Positions 1 through 9,231 of a stretch of DNA of 64,000 nt are shown here, one piece after another. Position numbers and translations under genes: made by a program. How positions within the stretch are numbered: position 1 is the first letter of the stretch; every line of letters starts with the position of its first letter. The stretch is from an uncultured Candidatus Rokubacteria bacterium. Lineage in GTDB: Bacteria; Methylomirabilota; Methylomirabilia; Rokubacteriales; DASRDR01. The DNA lies in assembly GCA_963826115.1 (NCBI GenBank), contig CAWGVS010000004.1, positions 64,001-128,000 of the forward strand. The letters are read 5' to 3'. Below the pieces are notes generated by a model that did not search any database, was not told the DNA's origin, and saw nothing but the letters and a program-made list of their open reading frames with translations.

Positions 1-136
1 CACGCGGAGACGGGCGAGCCCGTCGCGACCGGGGAGACCCGGCACGCCTGCTGGAACCCCGAGACCCAGCGCACGATGGCGAATTCCCGAGTGGCTCGAG
101 CCGCTCCTCGCCCCGGAGCCCGCGCCTGCTTCGTGA
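1..136 (+). CDS. C-terminal fragment of a probable acyl-CoA thioesterase (hotdog fold, YbgC/FcbC-like), with an apparent +1 frameshift near nt 82
   Basis: Frame 1 reads HAETGEPVATGETRHACWNPETQRTMA. Removing one A at ~82 continues IPEWLEPLLAPEPAPAS* (TGA 134-136), a typical thioesterase C-terminus (A-GET-H...IP-W). Confidence 0.55.
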   Translation, partial: TRRRASPSRPGRPGTPAGTPRPSARWRIPEWLEPLLAPEPAPAS

Positions 137-220
137 CCGCCGTCCGCCGGTCCCGCTTGGAGTGAGCGGACCGGCGCCCGCCGCGCGTCGTCCTGCCGCT
201 GCGCATCGGAGGAGGTGCCC

Positions 221-1879
221 GTGTCCAGTGTGAGTCCCGCCCGTCCGCGCCCGATCACGGAGGTCGCCGCCCGCGTCGGCCTCGCCGAGGAGGAGCTCGT
301 CCCCTACGGTCGCGAGATCGCGAAGGTCTCCGTCCGGGCGCTCGCCGCCCGGCGCGCCGGCCCCTCGGGAAAGCTCGTCGTCGTCTCGTCGATCACCCCG
401 ACGCCGCCCGGTGACGGGAAGACCACGGTCACCATCGGGCTCGGGCAGGCGCTGTGGCGGATCGGGCGCCGCGCCGTCGTGGCCCTCCGCGAGCCGTCGA
501 TCGGGCCGTGCCTCGGCATCAAGGGCGGCGGCACCGGCGGGGGGCGCGCGCAGGTCGTGCCGGCCGACTCGATCAACCTGCACTTCACGGGCGACATCCA
601 CGCGGTGGAGACGGCCCACAACCTCCTGGCCGCGTGCCTGGACAACCACCTCTACCACGACAACGCGCTCCGCTTCGACCCTCGGCAGGTGCTCTTCCGC
701 CGCGCGATGGACATGAACGACCGCGCCCTCCGGGAGATCGTGCTGGGCCTCGGCGGGCGCTTCCAGGGCTACCCGCGCGAGGAGGGCTTCCTCATCACCG
801 CCGCGTCCGAGGTCATGGCCCTCCTCTGCCTGGCCGAGGACCTGATGGACCTCAAGGCGCGCCTGGGGCGCATCCTCCTCGGGTTCACCTTCGACGGCCG
901 GCCGGTGCGAGCCGAGGATCTCAAGGTCACCGGCGCGATGGCCGCGCTCCTGCGGGACGCCATCCACCCGAACCTGGTGCAGACGCTCGAGGGGACGCCG
1001 GCCCTGGTCCACGGCGGCCCCTTCGCGAACATCGCCCACGGCTGCAACTCCGTCATCGCGACGAAGCTCGCCCTCAAGCTGGGCGAGATCTGCGTCACCG
1101 AGGCGGGGTTCGGCTTCGACCTCGGCGCCGAGAAGTTCTTCGACATCAAGTGCGGGTACGCCGGGCTCCGGCCCGACGGGGTGGTGCTGGTCGCGACCGC
1201 GCGCGCGCTCAAGTACCACGGCGGCGTGCCGATGAGCGCCGTGGACCAGGAGGACCTCCCCGCCATCAAGCGGGGCATGGCGAACCTCGAGAAGCACGTC
1301 GAGGACATCCGGCTCTTCGGCGTCCCGGTCGTCGTCGCGCTCAACCGCTTCCCGTCCGACACGGACGCGCAGCTGGCCGCGATCGTGGCGCACTGCGCCG
1401 AGCTGGGCGTCCCCGCGGTCCCCGCCAACGTGTTCGGCGAGGGCGGGGCGGGCGGCGAGGCGCTGGCCGCGACGCTGATGGACGTGCTCGCCCGGCACCC
1501 CTCCCAGTTCCGGCCGCTCTACGACTGGGGCGCCCCCGTCAAGGCGAAGATCCACACCATCGCGACGCGGATGTACGGCGCGGAGCGGGTGGCGTACACC
1601 AAGCGCGCGGAGGGGCAGATCGCCCAGGCCGAGGCCCTCGGGTACGGCGGCCTCCCCATCTGCATGGCGAAGACGCAGCGCTCGCTCTCGGACGACCCGA
1701 CCCTCCTGGGCCGGCCCCGGGACTTCACGGTCACGGTGGGGGAGGTGCGGATCTCGGCGGGAGCGGGCTTCCTGGTGCCGATCACGGGAGACATCCTGAC
1801 GATGCCGGGGTTGCCCCGGATCCCCAGCGCGGAGCGGATCGACGTGGACGCCGACGGCCGAATAACCGGCCTCGTCTGA
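221..1879 (+). CDS. fhs: Formate--tetrahydrofolate ligase
   Basis: Motifs ITPTPPGDGKTT, ALREPSIGP, INLHFTGDIHA, HGGPFANIAHGCNS, TEAGFGFDLGAEKF, MPGLP. GGAGG at 211-215 favours GTG 221 over the track start at 215. Confidence 0.97.
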   Translation: MSSVSPARPRPITEVAARVGLAEEELVPYGREIAKVSVRALAARRAGPSGKLVVVSSITPTPPGDGKTTVTIGLGQALWRIGRRAVVALREPSIGPCLGIKGGGTGGGRAQVVPADSINLHFTGDIHAVETAHNLLAACLDNHLYHDNALRFDPRQVLFRRAMDMNDRALREIVLGLGGRFQGYPREEGFLITAASEVMALLCLAEDLMDLKARLGRILLGFTFDGRPVRAEDLKVTGAMAALLRDAIHPNLVQTLEGTPALVHGGPFANIAHGCNSVIATKLALKLGEICVTEAGFGFDLGAEKFFDIKCGYAGLRPDGVVLVATARALKYHGGVPMSAVDQEDLPAIKRGMANLEKHVEDIRLFGVPVVVALNRFPSDTDAQLAAIVAHCAELGVPAVPANVFGEGGAGGEALAATLMDVLARHPSQFRPLYDWGAPVKAKIHTIATRMYGAERVAYTKRAEGQIAQAEALGYGGLPICMAKTQRSLSDDPTLLGRPRDFTVTVGEVRISAGAGFLVPITGDILTMPGLPRIPSAERIDVDADGRITGLV

Positions 1880-1896
1880 GCGTCCCAAGGCGCCGT

Positions 1897-1908
1897 GATA
1901 TATATACT
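1897..1908 (+). promoter_or_regulatory. AT-rich patch with a -10-like TATACT upstream of the ABC operon
   Basis: GATATATATACT in a GC-rich background, flanked by the inverted repeat CCGTG...CACGG, about 110 nt before ATG 2018. Confidence 0.45.
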
Positions 1909-2017
1909 CCACGGTCGGATCGCGGCTCCCCGGCAGTCCTACCGGGAGCGGTGACAACGCCCCGATTGTCCGGTCGATCACCCAGTATGTGCGTCCACAG
2001 GAGCGGAGCGACGAGCG

Positions 2018-3011
2018 ATGATCGAGGTTGATCGCCTCACCAAGCGGTACGGGCCGACTACGGCCATCCAGGACGTCTCCTTCACGGTCGAGAAGGGCCA
2101 GATCGTCGGCTTCCTGGGCCCGAACGGCGCGGGGAAGACGACCACGATGCGCATCCTGTCCTGCTTCATGCCCGCCTCGGGCGGAACCGCGCGGGTCGCC
2201 GGCTACGACGTGTTCGAGCAGTCCCTCGAGGTCCGCCGCCGGATCGGGTACCTGCCCGAGAACGTGCCGCTCTACACCGACATGACGGTCGGGCGCGTAC
2301 CTCGACTTCGTCGCCAACATCAAGGGCGTCGGGCGTGGCGAGCGGCGGCGGCGGGTCGGCGAGGTCCTCGAGCGGTGCCAGATCCCCGACGTGCGCGAGC
2401 GGCTGATCGGGCGGCTCTCGAAGGGGTATCGGCAGCGGGTCGGCCTCGCGCAGGCGCTGATCGGCGACCCCGAGGTGCTGATCCTCGACGAGCCGACCAT
2501 CGGCCTCGATCCCAAGCAGATCGTCGGGATCCGCCAGCTCATCAAGTCGCTGGCCGAGGCCCACACCGTCATCCTGTCGACCCACATCCTGCCCGAGGTG
2601 TCGATGGTCTGCGAGGGTGTGATCATCATCAACCGCGGGCGGGTGGTGGCCTCCGGTCCCCTCGACCGCCTGATGGAGGAGCTCTCGCCCGTGTCGCGGG
2701 TCCAGGCGCAGGTCGAGGGCCCGCCCGAGCTCGTCGCGCAGTCGCTCCGGGCCCTGCCCGGGGTGCAGCGCGTGGAGACGCGGAGCGTCGCGGACGGCGC
2801 CGGCACCTTCGTCCTCGAGTCCGATCGCGGGCGCGACGTCCGCCGCGACGTCGCGCAGCTGGCCGCGCAGCAGCGCTGGGGGCTCCTCGAGCTCCGCGCG
2901 CTCGACCCCTCGCTGGAGGAGATGTTCATCCGCATCGTCGCCGGCGAGGAGCACGGGGACGCGCTGGCGGACGACGCCGGCGGCGTCGCGACCGAGGAGG
3001 TGGCGTCGTGA
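2018..3011 (+). CDS. ABC transporter ATP-binding protein (GldA/ABC-2 type), split by a +1 frameshift at ~2292
   Basis: Walker A GPNGAGKTT lies in ORF 2018. Signature LSKGYRQRVG, Walker B LILDEP and the H-loop STH lie in the frame of ORF 2391..3011. Removing one G at 2291-2293 restores VGAYLDFVANIKG. Confidence 0.9.
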
Positions 3012-3775
3012 GGGCCTGGGCGATCTTCAAGAAGGAGCTGCGGGTCTACTTCAGCTCGCCGATCGCGTACGCCGTCCTGACGATCTTCTCGCTGATCAGC
3101 GGCTGGTTCTTCTACAACGTGTTCGGCTTCTACGTGCTGGCGAGCATGCAGGCCGCGATGAACCCGATGATGGGCCGGGACATGTCGATCATCGAGGGCG
3201 TGCTGCGGCCCCTGTTCCAGAACATGAGCGTCATCATGCTGCTGATGATGCCGATCCTGACGATGCGCCTGTTCTCCGAGGAGAAGAAGAGCGGGACGAT
3301 CGAGCTCCTCCTGACCTTTCCCGTGCGCGACGGGGAGGTCCTGCTCGGCAAGTACCTGGCCGCCCTCGCGGTCTTCGCGGCCATGCTGGTCTTGACGCTC
3401 GCCTTTCCCCTCCTGATGGCCTGGGTCACCCCGCTCGAGTGGGGACCGCTCGCCACCGGCTACCTCGGGCTCCTCCTCCAGGGCGCCGCCTTCATCGCGA
3501 TCGGGATCCTGATCTCGTCCCTGACCGAGAACCAGATCGTGGCGTCGGTGGCCACCTTCGGGACCCTCCTCATCTTCTGGGTGATCTCCTGGGCATCCGA
3601 CTCGGCGGGCGGCGCGCTCGGGCGCGTCCTGTCCCACATCTCGCTCACCGAGCACTTCGATTCGTTCTCCAAGGGCGTGATCGACACCAAGGACCTGATC
3701 TACTACCTGAACCTCACCATCCTGGCCCTGTTCCTCACCCTGCGCTCGCTCGACTCCAAGCGCTGGAGAGGTTGA
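3008..3775 (+). CDS. ABC-2 type permease (GldF-like)
   Basis: GTGA overlap with the ATPase stop. Motifs IFKKELRVYFSSPIAY, TMRLFSEEKKSGTIELLLT, LLGKY, SSLTENQIVA; about six TM segments. Confidence 0.9.
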   Translation: MRAWAIFKKELRVYFSSPIAYAVLTIFSLISGWFFYNVFGFYVLASMQAAMNPMMGRDMSIIEGVLRPLFQNMSVIMLLMMPILTMRLFSEEKKSGTIELLLTFPVRDGEVLLGKYLAALAVFAAMLVLTLAFPLLMAWVTPLEWGPLATGYLGLLLQGAAFIAIGILISSLTENQIVASVATFGTLLIFWVISWASDSAGGALGRVLSHISLTEHFDSFSKGVIDTKDLIYYLNLTILALFLTLRSLDSKRWRG

Positions 3776-3780
3776 TCGTC

Positions 3781-5346
3781 ATGGACCGATTCGCAAGCCC
3801 GGCCCTCTTCCTCGGCCTCGCCGGCGTGGTGGCGGGGTTCGTCCTGCAGACGTACCGGCCGTCGTGGACCACGGTGTGGCCGGCGCTCCTGATCGGCGGC
3901 GGCGTCGTGCTGCTCTTCGGCCTGTACGCGAGCTTCGCGACCAACGTGCGGCGGACCCTCGCGGGCCGCGCGACGCGCTACGGCCTGAACGCGGCGATCC
4001 TGGTCATCCTGATCCTCGGCGTCATCGTGCTCGTCGAGGCGGTGTCGTTCCGGCACAGCCAGCGGTGGGACCTCACCGAGAACAAGCGCTGGAGCCTGTC
4101 GCCCCAGACGGTGAAGGTGGCGGCCGATCTACCCGTGCCCGTGAAGGCGATCGCGTTCTTCCGGCCCGACCAGCCCGGCAAGCGGACCGCCGAGGACCTC
4201 CTCAAGCAGTACGCGGGCCGCTCGGACGGGAAGTTCACCTGGGAGGTCCTCGACGCCGACCGGAACCCGCTCCTGGCCCGGCAGTTCGGCTTCGAGAGCT
4301 ACGGGCAGGTCGCGCTCGAGGCGACCCTGAAGGACGGGCAGAAGAAGCAGGAGAAGCTCCAGGACCTCGACGAGGAGAAGCTCACGAACGCGCTCATCCG
4401 GGTCACGCGCCCCGGCAAGCGCACCGTCTACTTCCTCAAGGGGCACGGCGAGAAGGACCCGGGCTCGAGCGAGCGGACCGGCCTCGGGCAGATGAAGTCC
4501 GCGGTCGAGAAGCTGAACTATGAGGTGAAGGACCTCGTCCTGGCCCGGGAGACCAAGGTGCCCGACGACGCCACCATCGTGGTGATCGCCGGCCCGACGA
4601 AGGAGATCCTGCCCGCCGAGCTGGACTCCCTGTCCGGCTTCGTGACCCGAGGGGGCAAGCTCTTCGTGATGATCGACCCGTTCCAGAAGACCGGGCTCGA
4701 TCCGGTGCTCGAGCGGTGGGCGCTCGGACTCGGGAACGACGTGATCATCGACATCAGCCCCACGGGCCGCCGCGCCGGCGCCGGGCCGGAGATGCCCGTC
4801 GTGGTGGACTACGTTCCGCATGCGATCACCCGAGACTTCCGCTTCGCGACGTTCTTCCCCGTGGCGCGGACGGTTTCCGTCAAGGACAAGCCGGCCGAGG
4901 GCGTGACCGCCCAGGGGCTCGCGCGCACGTCGGCCGAGAGCTGGGCGGAGACCAGCCAGGAGCAGATCCGGACCGGCCAGGTCAAGCCCGACCCGGGCGA
5001 GGCGCGGGGGCCGCTGACTCTCGCCGCGGTGGCGACCGTCGACGTCAAGGACGCGCCCGCCGACAAGAAGGGCGCGAAGGCCCGGATCGTGCTGGTCGGC
5101 GACTCGGACTTCGCGGCGAACGAGTTCGTGAACCTCTCCGGCAACCGCGACTTCTTCCTCAACACGCTGTCGTGGCTCGCCGAGGAGGAGAACCTCATCG
5201 CGGTTCGGCCCAAGGAGTCGCGGAGCGCCCCGGTCTTCCTGACGGGCGCCCAGGGGCAGGCGCTCTTCCTGATCCCCGTCGTCGTGATCCCCCTGGCCGT
5301 GATCATCGGGGGCGTGGTGGCCGTCGCCCGCCGCCGCGGCCGGTAG
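3781..5346 (+). CDS. GldG-family ABC auxiliary / GIFT-domain membrane protein
   Basis: N-terminal TMs, WDLTENKRWSLS, VYFLKGHGE, IVLVGDSDF, GNRDFFLNTLSWL and a C-terminal TM. Confidence 0.88.
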   Translation: MDRFASPALFLGLAGVVAGFVLQTYRPSWTTVWPALLIGGGVVLLFGLYASFATNVRRTLAGRATRYGLNAAILVILILGVIVLVEAVSFRHSQRWDLTENKRWSLSPQTVKVAADLPVPVKAIAFFRPDQPGKRTAEDLLKQYAGRSDGKFTWEVLDADRNPLLARQFGFESYGQVALEATLKDGQKKQEKLQDLDEEKLTNALIRVTRPGKRTVYFLKGHGEKDPGSSERTGLGQMKSAVEKLNYEVKDLVLARETKVPDDATIVVIAGPTKEILPAELDSLSGFVTRGGKLFVMIDPFQKTGLDPVLERWALGLGNDVIIDISPTGRRAGAGPEMPVVVDYVPHAITRDFRFATFFPVARTVSVKDKPAEGVTAQGLARTSAESWAETSQEQIRTGQVKPDPGEARGPLTLAAVATVDVKDAPADKKGAKARIVLVGDSDFAANEFVNLSGNRDFFLNTLSWLAEEENLIAVRPKESRSAPVFLTGAQGQALFLIPVVVIPLAVIIGGVVAVARRRGR

Positions 5347-5359
5347 GCCGGGCCGACCG

Positions 5360-7141
5360 ATGCGCTGGCTGTCGACGACCGTCCTGGCCGTCCTCCTGGT
5401 CGGCCTCGCGACCTTCTACTACGTCTACGAGATCCGGCAGGCGCCCGAGCGCGAGAAGGCGGCCACCATCAAGGACCGCCTGTGGAAGGAGCTCGAGGGG
5501 AAGGACCTCGAGGAGATCATCGTCCAGCGGAACGGGGCCGTGACGCTGCACCTCAAGAAGAGCGGCGACGCCTGGAGCCTGGTCGCGCCCGTCGCGGTGT
5601 CGGCCGATCGTGGCGCGGCCGACGGGCTGGCGATGTCGCTGGCGACCCTCCGGGTCGAGCGGGAGATCGAGGCGAATCCCCAGAAACCGGGCGACTTCGG
5701 GCTCGCGCCGCCCGCTGCCGAGGTGACCTTCAAGGCGAAGGGCCAGGACCGCACGGTCAAGCTCGGCGCAAAGAGCCCGAGCGGGATGTGGGCGTACGCG
5801 CAGGAAGGCGCCAAGCCCGCGGTCATCCTCGTGCCGGAAGGGATCCTGGTGGACGCCCAGAAGGCGCCGAGCGACTACCGCGACAAGACGCTGCTCGCCT
5901 TCGACCGGAAGGACGTCAAGACGATCGAGGTCCGGGGCCCGGCCGGGCAAGTCGTGGCGGCCGCGAGCGCGAAGGGCCCCGACGAGTGGCAGCTCACCGC
6001 CCCGCTCCAGGCGCCCGCGGATCGCGAGGCGATCGGCGCGCTGCTGGAGAAGCTCCGCGCGGCGAAGATCAAGGAGTTCGTCACCGACGCGCCCAAGAGC
6101 CCCGCCGAGTACGGGCTCGACCGGCCGACACGCCTCGCGCTCGGGGTTGGGGAAGAGGCGTCGCGGACCTCGCGGGTCCTCCGCTTCGGCAAGGCGGTCC
6201 CCGAGAAGAAGGGCATCTACGCCCAGCGCGAGGGCGACGCGACCGTGCTGCTCCTCGACGAGGACCTCGGACGGTCGGTCCCCGCGACGGCGATGGCGTT
6301 CCGGGACAAGTCGGTGTTCGCGTACGACCGCGGGAAGCTGGAGCGCGTGGAGCTCGAGAGCCCGAAGGGCAAGGTCGCGCTGGCGCTTCAGGACGGGAAG
6401 TGGCGGATCACCGCGCCGGTGACGCTCCCCGCGGACGAGGGCGCCATGAGCCAGATGCTCTTCAAGGCGCGGGACCTCCGCGCGCGTGACTTCGTGGCCG
6501 AGGACGGCAAGCGCCTCGCCGCCTACGGGCTCGACAAGCCCCAGGTCCGCGTCACCGTGTGGGAGAAGGATGCCAAGGAGCCGAAGGCGCTCCTCCTCGC
6601 GCCGGGGAAAGAGAAGGACCGCGCCTACGCGACCGTCGTCGGCGCGGGCGGCGCGACGGTGGCCGCCGTCGACGCGTCGACGCTCGCCGACCTGACCCGG
6701 GGCGTGACGGACCTGCGCGACCGGTCGTTAGCCGCGGCCTTCGACACGAAGGACGTCAGCAAGGTCACGATCCAACGTCCGAGCGTGACCCTGGCCCTCG
6801 ACCGGACGGGGACCGGCGAGGAGGACTGGCAGCTCGCCGCCCCGAAGAAGGGCAAGACGCGGGGCGGTCGCGTGAGCGAGCTCCTGTGGACCCTCCGCAA
6901 TCTCAAGTGGAAGGACCTCGTGGCGGAGCAGGGCTGGGACGCGGCCCGCTACGGGCTCGCCGCCGGCGCGACCACGATCACGCTGACGGGCAAGGACGGC
7001 AAGACGATCGCCGCGCTCGCCGTGGGCAAGCAGGAGGCCGGGATCACCTACGTCCGGATCCCCGGCGAGCCGGCGCTCTACGCCATCGACGCGAAGACGC
7101 TCGGCGAGCTGCCCGGCACGCCCGAAGAGCTGCTGCTCTAG
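5360..7141 (+). CDS. DUF4340 repeat-containing exported protein
   Basis: N-terminal anchor followed by repeated W-L-AP...AD...(Y/F)GL..P units (about four). Typical fourth gene of GldAFG-like operons. Confidence 0.8.
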   Translation: MRWLSTTVLAVLLVGLATFYYVYEIRQAPEREKAATIKDRLWKELEGKDLEEIIVQRNGAVTLHLKKSGDAWSLVAPVAVSADRGAADGLAMSLATLRVEREIEANPQKPGDFGLAPPAAEVTFKAKGQDRTVKLGAKSPSGMWAYAQEGAKPAVILVPEGILVDAQKAPSDYRDKTLLAFDRKDVKTIEVRGPAGQVVAAASAKGPDEWQLTAPLQAPADREAIGALLEKLRAAKIKEFVTDAPKSPAEYGLDRPTRLALGVGEEASRTSRVLRFGKAVPEKKGIYAQREGDATVLLLDEDLGRSVPATAMAFRDKSVFAYDRGKLERVELESPKGKVALALQDGKWRITAPVTLPADEGAMSQMLFKARDLRARDFVAEDGKRLAAYGLDKPQVRVTVWEKDAKEPKALLLAPGKEKDRAYATVVGAGGATVAAVDASTLADLTRGVTDLRDRSLAAAFDTKDVSKVTIQRPSVTLALDRTGTGEEDWQLAAPKKGKTRGGRVSELLWTLRNLKWKDLVAEQGWDAARYGLAAGATTITLTGKDGKTIAALAVGKQEAGITYVRIPGEPALYAIDAKTLGELPGTPEELLL

Positions 7142-7199
7142 TGGGCGCCGCGCGCGGGCCGAACGCGCCGGGCCGGACGCGGCGCTGACCGAGGTCGAG

Positions 7200-7985
7200 A
7201 TGCCGGAGACGCTGCTCCTCGAGGTGACGGACGGCATCGCCACCCTCACGCTCAACCAGCCGGCCCGCCGCAACCCCATGAGCGAGCGCATGGGCGAGGA
7301 GCTGGCCGAGACCCTGCGGGCGGTCGAGGCGCGCGAGGACGTCCGCGTCCTGGTCCTGGCCGGCGCGGGGGAGTCGTTCTGCGCGGGCGGCGACATGGCG
7401 TTGATCGAGGCCAACACGCGGCGCGACGTGGAGACGCGCCGCCAGGTCATGCGGGGGTACTACGAGCGCTACCTCTCCCTCCAGCGCCTCTCGGTGCCCA
7501 CGATCGCCGCGATCCACGGCCACGCAGTCGGGGGCGGGCTCGCGCTCGCCCTGGTCTGCGACCTCCGGTACGCCGCGGAGGACGCGCGGCTCTCGGTCAA
7601 CTTCGCGCGCCTGGGCCTCCACCCCGGCATGGCGTCGACCCTGACCCTGCCGCGCGCGGTCGGCGCGGCGCGCGCGCTCGAGCTCTTCTACACGGGGCGC
7701 GTCGTGTCCGGGCGCGAGGCCGAGGCGATGGGCCTGGTCAACCGGGCCGTCCCGCGGGCCGAGCTGCTGGCGACCGCCCTCGAGACGGCGCGCGCCATCG
7801 CCGCCGGCTCGCCGCTCGTCGTGCGGATGCTGAAGCGCGCCGTGTACCAGGGGCTCGAGAGCGCCGTCGCCGCGGCGGTCGAGTACGAGGCCTTCTGCCA
7901 GGCGATCACCTTCGGGAGCGAGGACCTCCGGGAGGGGCTCGCCGCCGCGCGCGAGCGCCGCCCCCCGCGGTTCGTGGGCCGATGA
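7200..7985 (+). CDS. Enoyl-CoA hydratase/isomerase (crotonase) family protein
   Basis: FCAGGD, PTIAAIHGHAVGGG, CDLRYA, EAEAMGLVN, ERRPPRF. Confidence 0.93.
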   Translation: MPETLLLEVTDGIATLTLNQPARRNPMSERMGEELAETLRAVEAREDVRVLVLAGAGESFCAGGDMALIEANTRRDVETRRQVMRGYYERYLSLQRLSVPTIAAIHGHAVGGGLALALVCDLRYAAEDARLSVNFARLGLHPGMASTLTLPRAVGAARALELFYTGRVVSGREAEAMGLVNRAVPRAELLATALETARAIAAGSPLVVRMLKRAVYQGLESAVAAAVEYEAFCQAITFGSEDLREGLAAARERRPPRFVGR

Positions 7986-8686
7986 CCGCCGCGGCGCCGA
8001 GCGGACTCTATCTCCGCCAGATGGAGCTCGGGCCCATGCAGAACTTCGTCTACCTCGTCGGCGACCGCGAGGCGGGCGAGTGCGTCGTGGTGGACGCCGC
8101 GTGGGAGATCGACACCATCGTGCGCACCGCCGAGGCCGACGGGCTCCGCATCACCGGCGCGCTGGTGACGCACACGCACCAGGACCACGTCGGCGGGAGC
8201 CTGGCCGACTGGGGCATGCCGGGCCGGATCCCGGGCGTCGAGGAGCTCCTCGGCCAGGTCCGGGCCAAGGTCTACGTCCACAAGGCCGAGCGCGAGTTTC
8301 TCCGCGGGTTCGGCTCGGACCTGGTGCAGGTGGAGAGCGCGATGGACCTGCCCGTCGGGCGGTTCACGATCACGTTCATCCACACCCCCGGCCACACGCC
8401 CGGCTCGCAGTGCTTCCTGGTCGACGGGCGGCTCGTGTCGGGGGACACGCTCTTCATCCAGGCCTGCGGCCGCACCGACCTGCCGGGCGGCGACCCGAGC
8501 GAGATGCACCGGAGCCTCACCCAGCGGCTCGGGCGACTCCCCGACGACACCGTTCTCCTGCCCGGCCACAACTACGGCGGCCCCCAGTCCACCATCGGCG
8601 ACGAGAAGCGCGAGAACCCGTTCCTCCAGATGGGGCTCGGCGAGTTCCTCCGCGCGATGGGGGGTGGCCGGATCGCCCCGCCCTAG
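7982..8686 (+). CDS. Metallo-beta-lactamase-fold hydrolase (glyoxalase II-like)
   Basis: THTHQDH (HxHxDH), HTPGHTPGS, SGDTLF, GRTDL, PGH; ATGA overlap with the upstream gene. Confidence 0.92.
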   Translation: MTAAAPSGLYLRQMELGPMQNFVYLVGDREAGECVVVDAAWEIDTIVRTAEADGLRITGALVTHTHQDHVGGSLADWGMPGRIPGVEELLGQVRAKVYVHKAEREFLRGFGSDLVQVESAMDLPVGRFTITFIHTPGHTPGSQCFLVDGRLVSGDTLFIQACGRTDLPGGDPSEMHRSLTQRLGRLPDDTVLLPGHNYGGPQSTIGDEKRENPFLQMGLGEFLRAMGGGRIAPP

Positions 8687-8700
8687 GGCCGCGTCGGAGC

Positions 8701-8723
8701 GGATGGGCCGGCCGGGCCCATCC
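8701..8723. terminator. GC-rich hairpin between convergent genes
   Basis: GGATGGGCC-ggccg-GGCCCATCC, a 9-bp stem between the stops at 8686 (+) and 8730 (-). No U tract. Confidence 0.45.
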
Positions 8724-8729
8724 CGGCGC

Positions 8730-9164
8730 TCACGGCCCGAAGACCACGCCCTTCACCAGCAGGATGTTCCCGTAGGGGCGGAGCTCGCCCGTCGTCACGA
8801 CGGCGAACGCGGTCCGGGCGCGCTCGTAGAAGGCGAAGCGCTCGAGCGGCTCGAGCCGCACCGCGCGGCCGGCGGCGGCGTCCACGATCGGCTGGAACTC
8901 CCGGACCGGTGGCGGCACCGTCCCCGGATCGCCCACCACGGCCATCACGCAGGCGGGCGTCGGCGTGAAGGTGTCGAGCGGGAGGACCGACAGGATCGCG
9001 CGCAGCGCGCGCGGCGCGTCGACGCCGTCGAGCCGCACGAGGCGCCGCGCGACGCTGGTCGCCGGGAAGTTGGCGTCCGCCACCACGAGCTCGTCCCCGT
9101 GGCCCATGGCGGCGAGGACGTGGAGGAGCTCGGGGCCGAGCAGGGGATCGAGGCCCTTCAGCAT
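8730..9164 (-). CDS. RbsD/FucU family sugar mutarotase/pyranase
   Basis: MLKGLDPLLGPELL, MGHGDELVVADANFP, ERFAFYERA, TGELRPYGNILLVKGV. ATG 9164 sits 7 nt after a -10-like TAGGAT. Confidence 0.92.
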   Translation of the reverse strand: MLKGLDPLLGPELLHVLAAMGHGDELVVADANFPATSVARRLVRLDGVDAPRALRAILSVLPLDTFTPTPACVMAVVGDPGTVPPPVREFQPIVDAAAGRAVRLEPLERFAFYERARTAFAVVTTGELRPYGNILLVKGVVFGP

Positions 9165-9171
9165 GGCGCCC

Positions 9172-9225
9172 ATCCTACCGCGAGACGGCGCCGCGTTGAC
9201 CCGGTCCGGGGCGTCGGGCTACCCT
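9172..9225. promoter_or_regulatory. Divergent sigma70-type promoters for two leaderless genes
   Basis: Plus strand: TTGACC (9196-9201), 18 nt, TACCCT (9220-9225), 6 nt, GTG 9232. Minus strand: TAGGAT (9177-9172), 7 nt, ATG 9164. Confidence 0.55.
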
Positions 9226-9231
9226 CCCGCC

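Noticed and set aside
221-1879. fhs as evidence for a Wood-Ljungdahl pathway
   Set aside because: fhs is widespread in C1/formate metabolism, and no acs/cooS/metF/folD genes are in the window.
2018-3775. Apparent 585-aa ATPase-permease fusion
   Set aside because: Artefact of the +1 frameshift at ~2292. The middle is out-of-frame nonsense, and the ATPase and permease are separate genes.
2018-7141. Gliding motility locus
   Set aside because: GldAFG-like ABC systems are common in non-gliding taxa, and no motor or T9SS genes are present.
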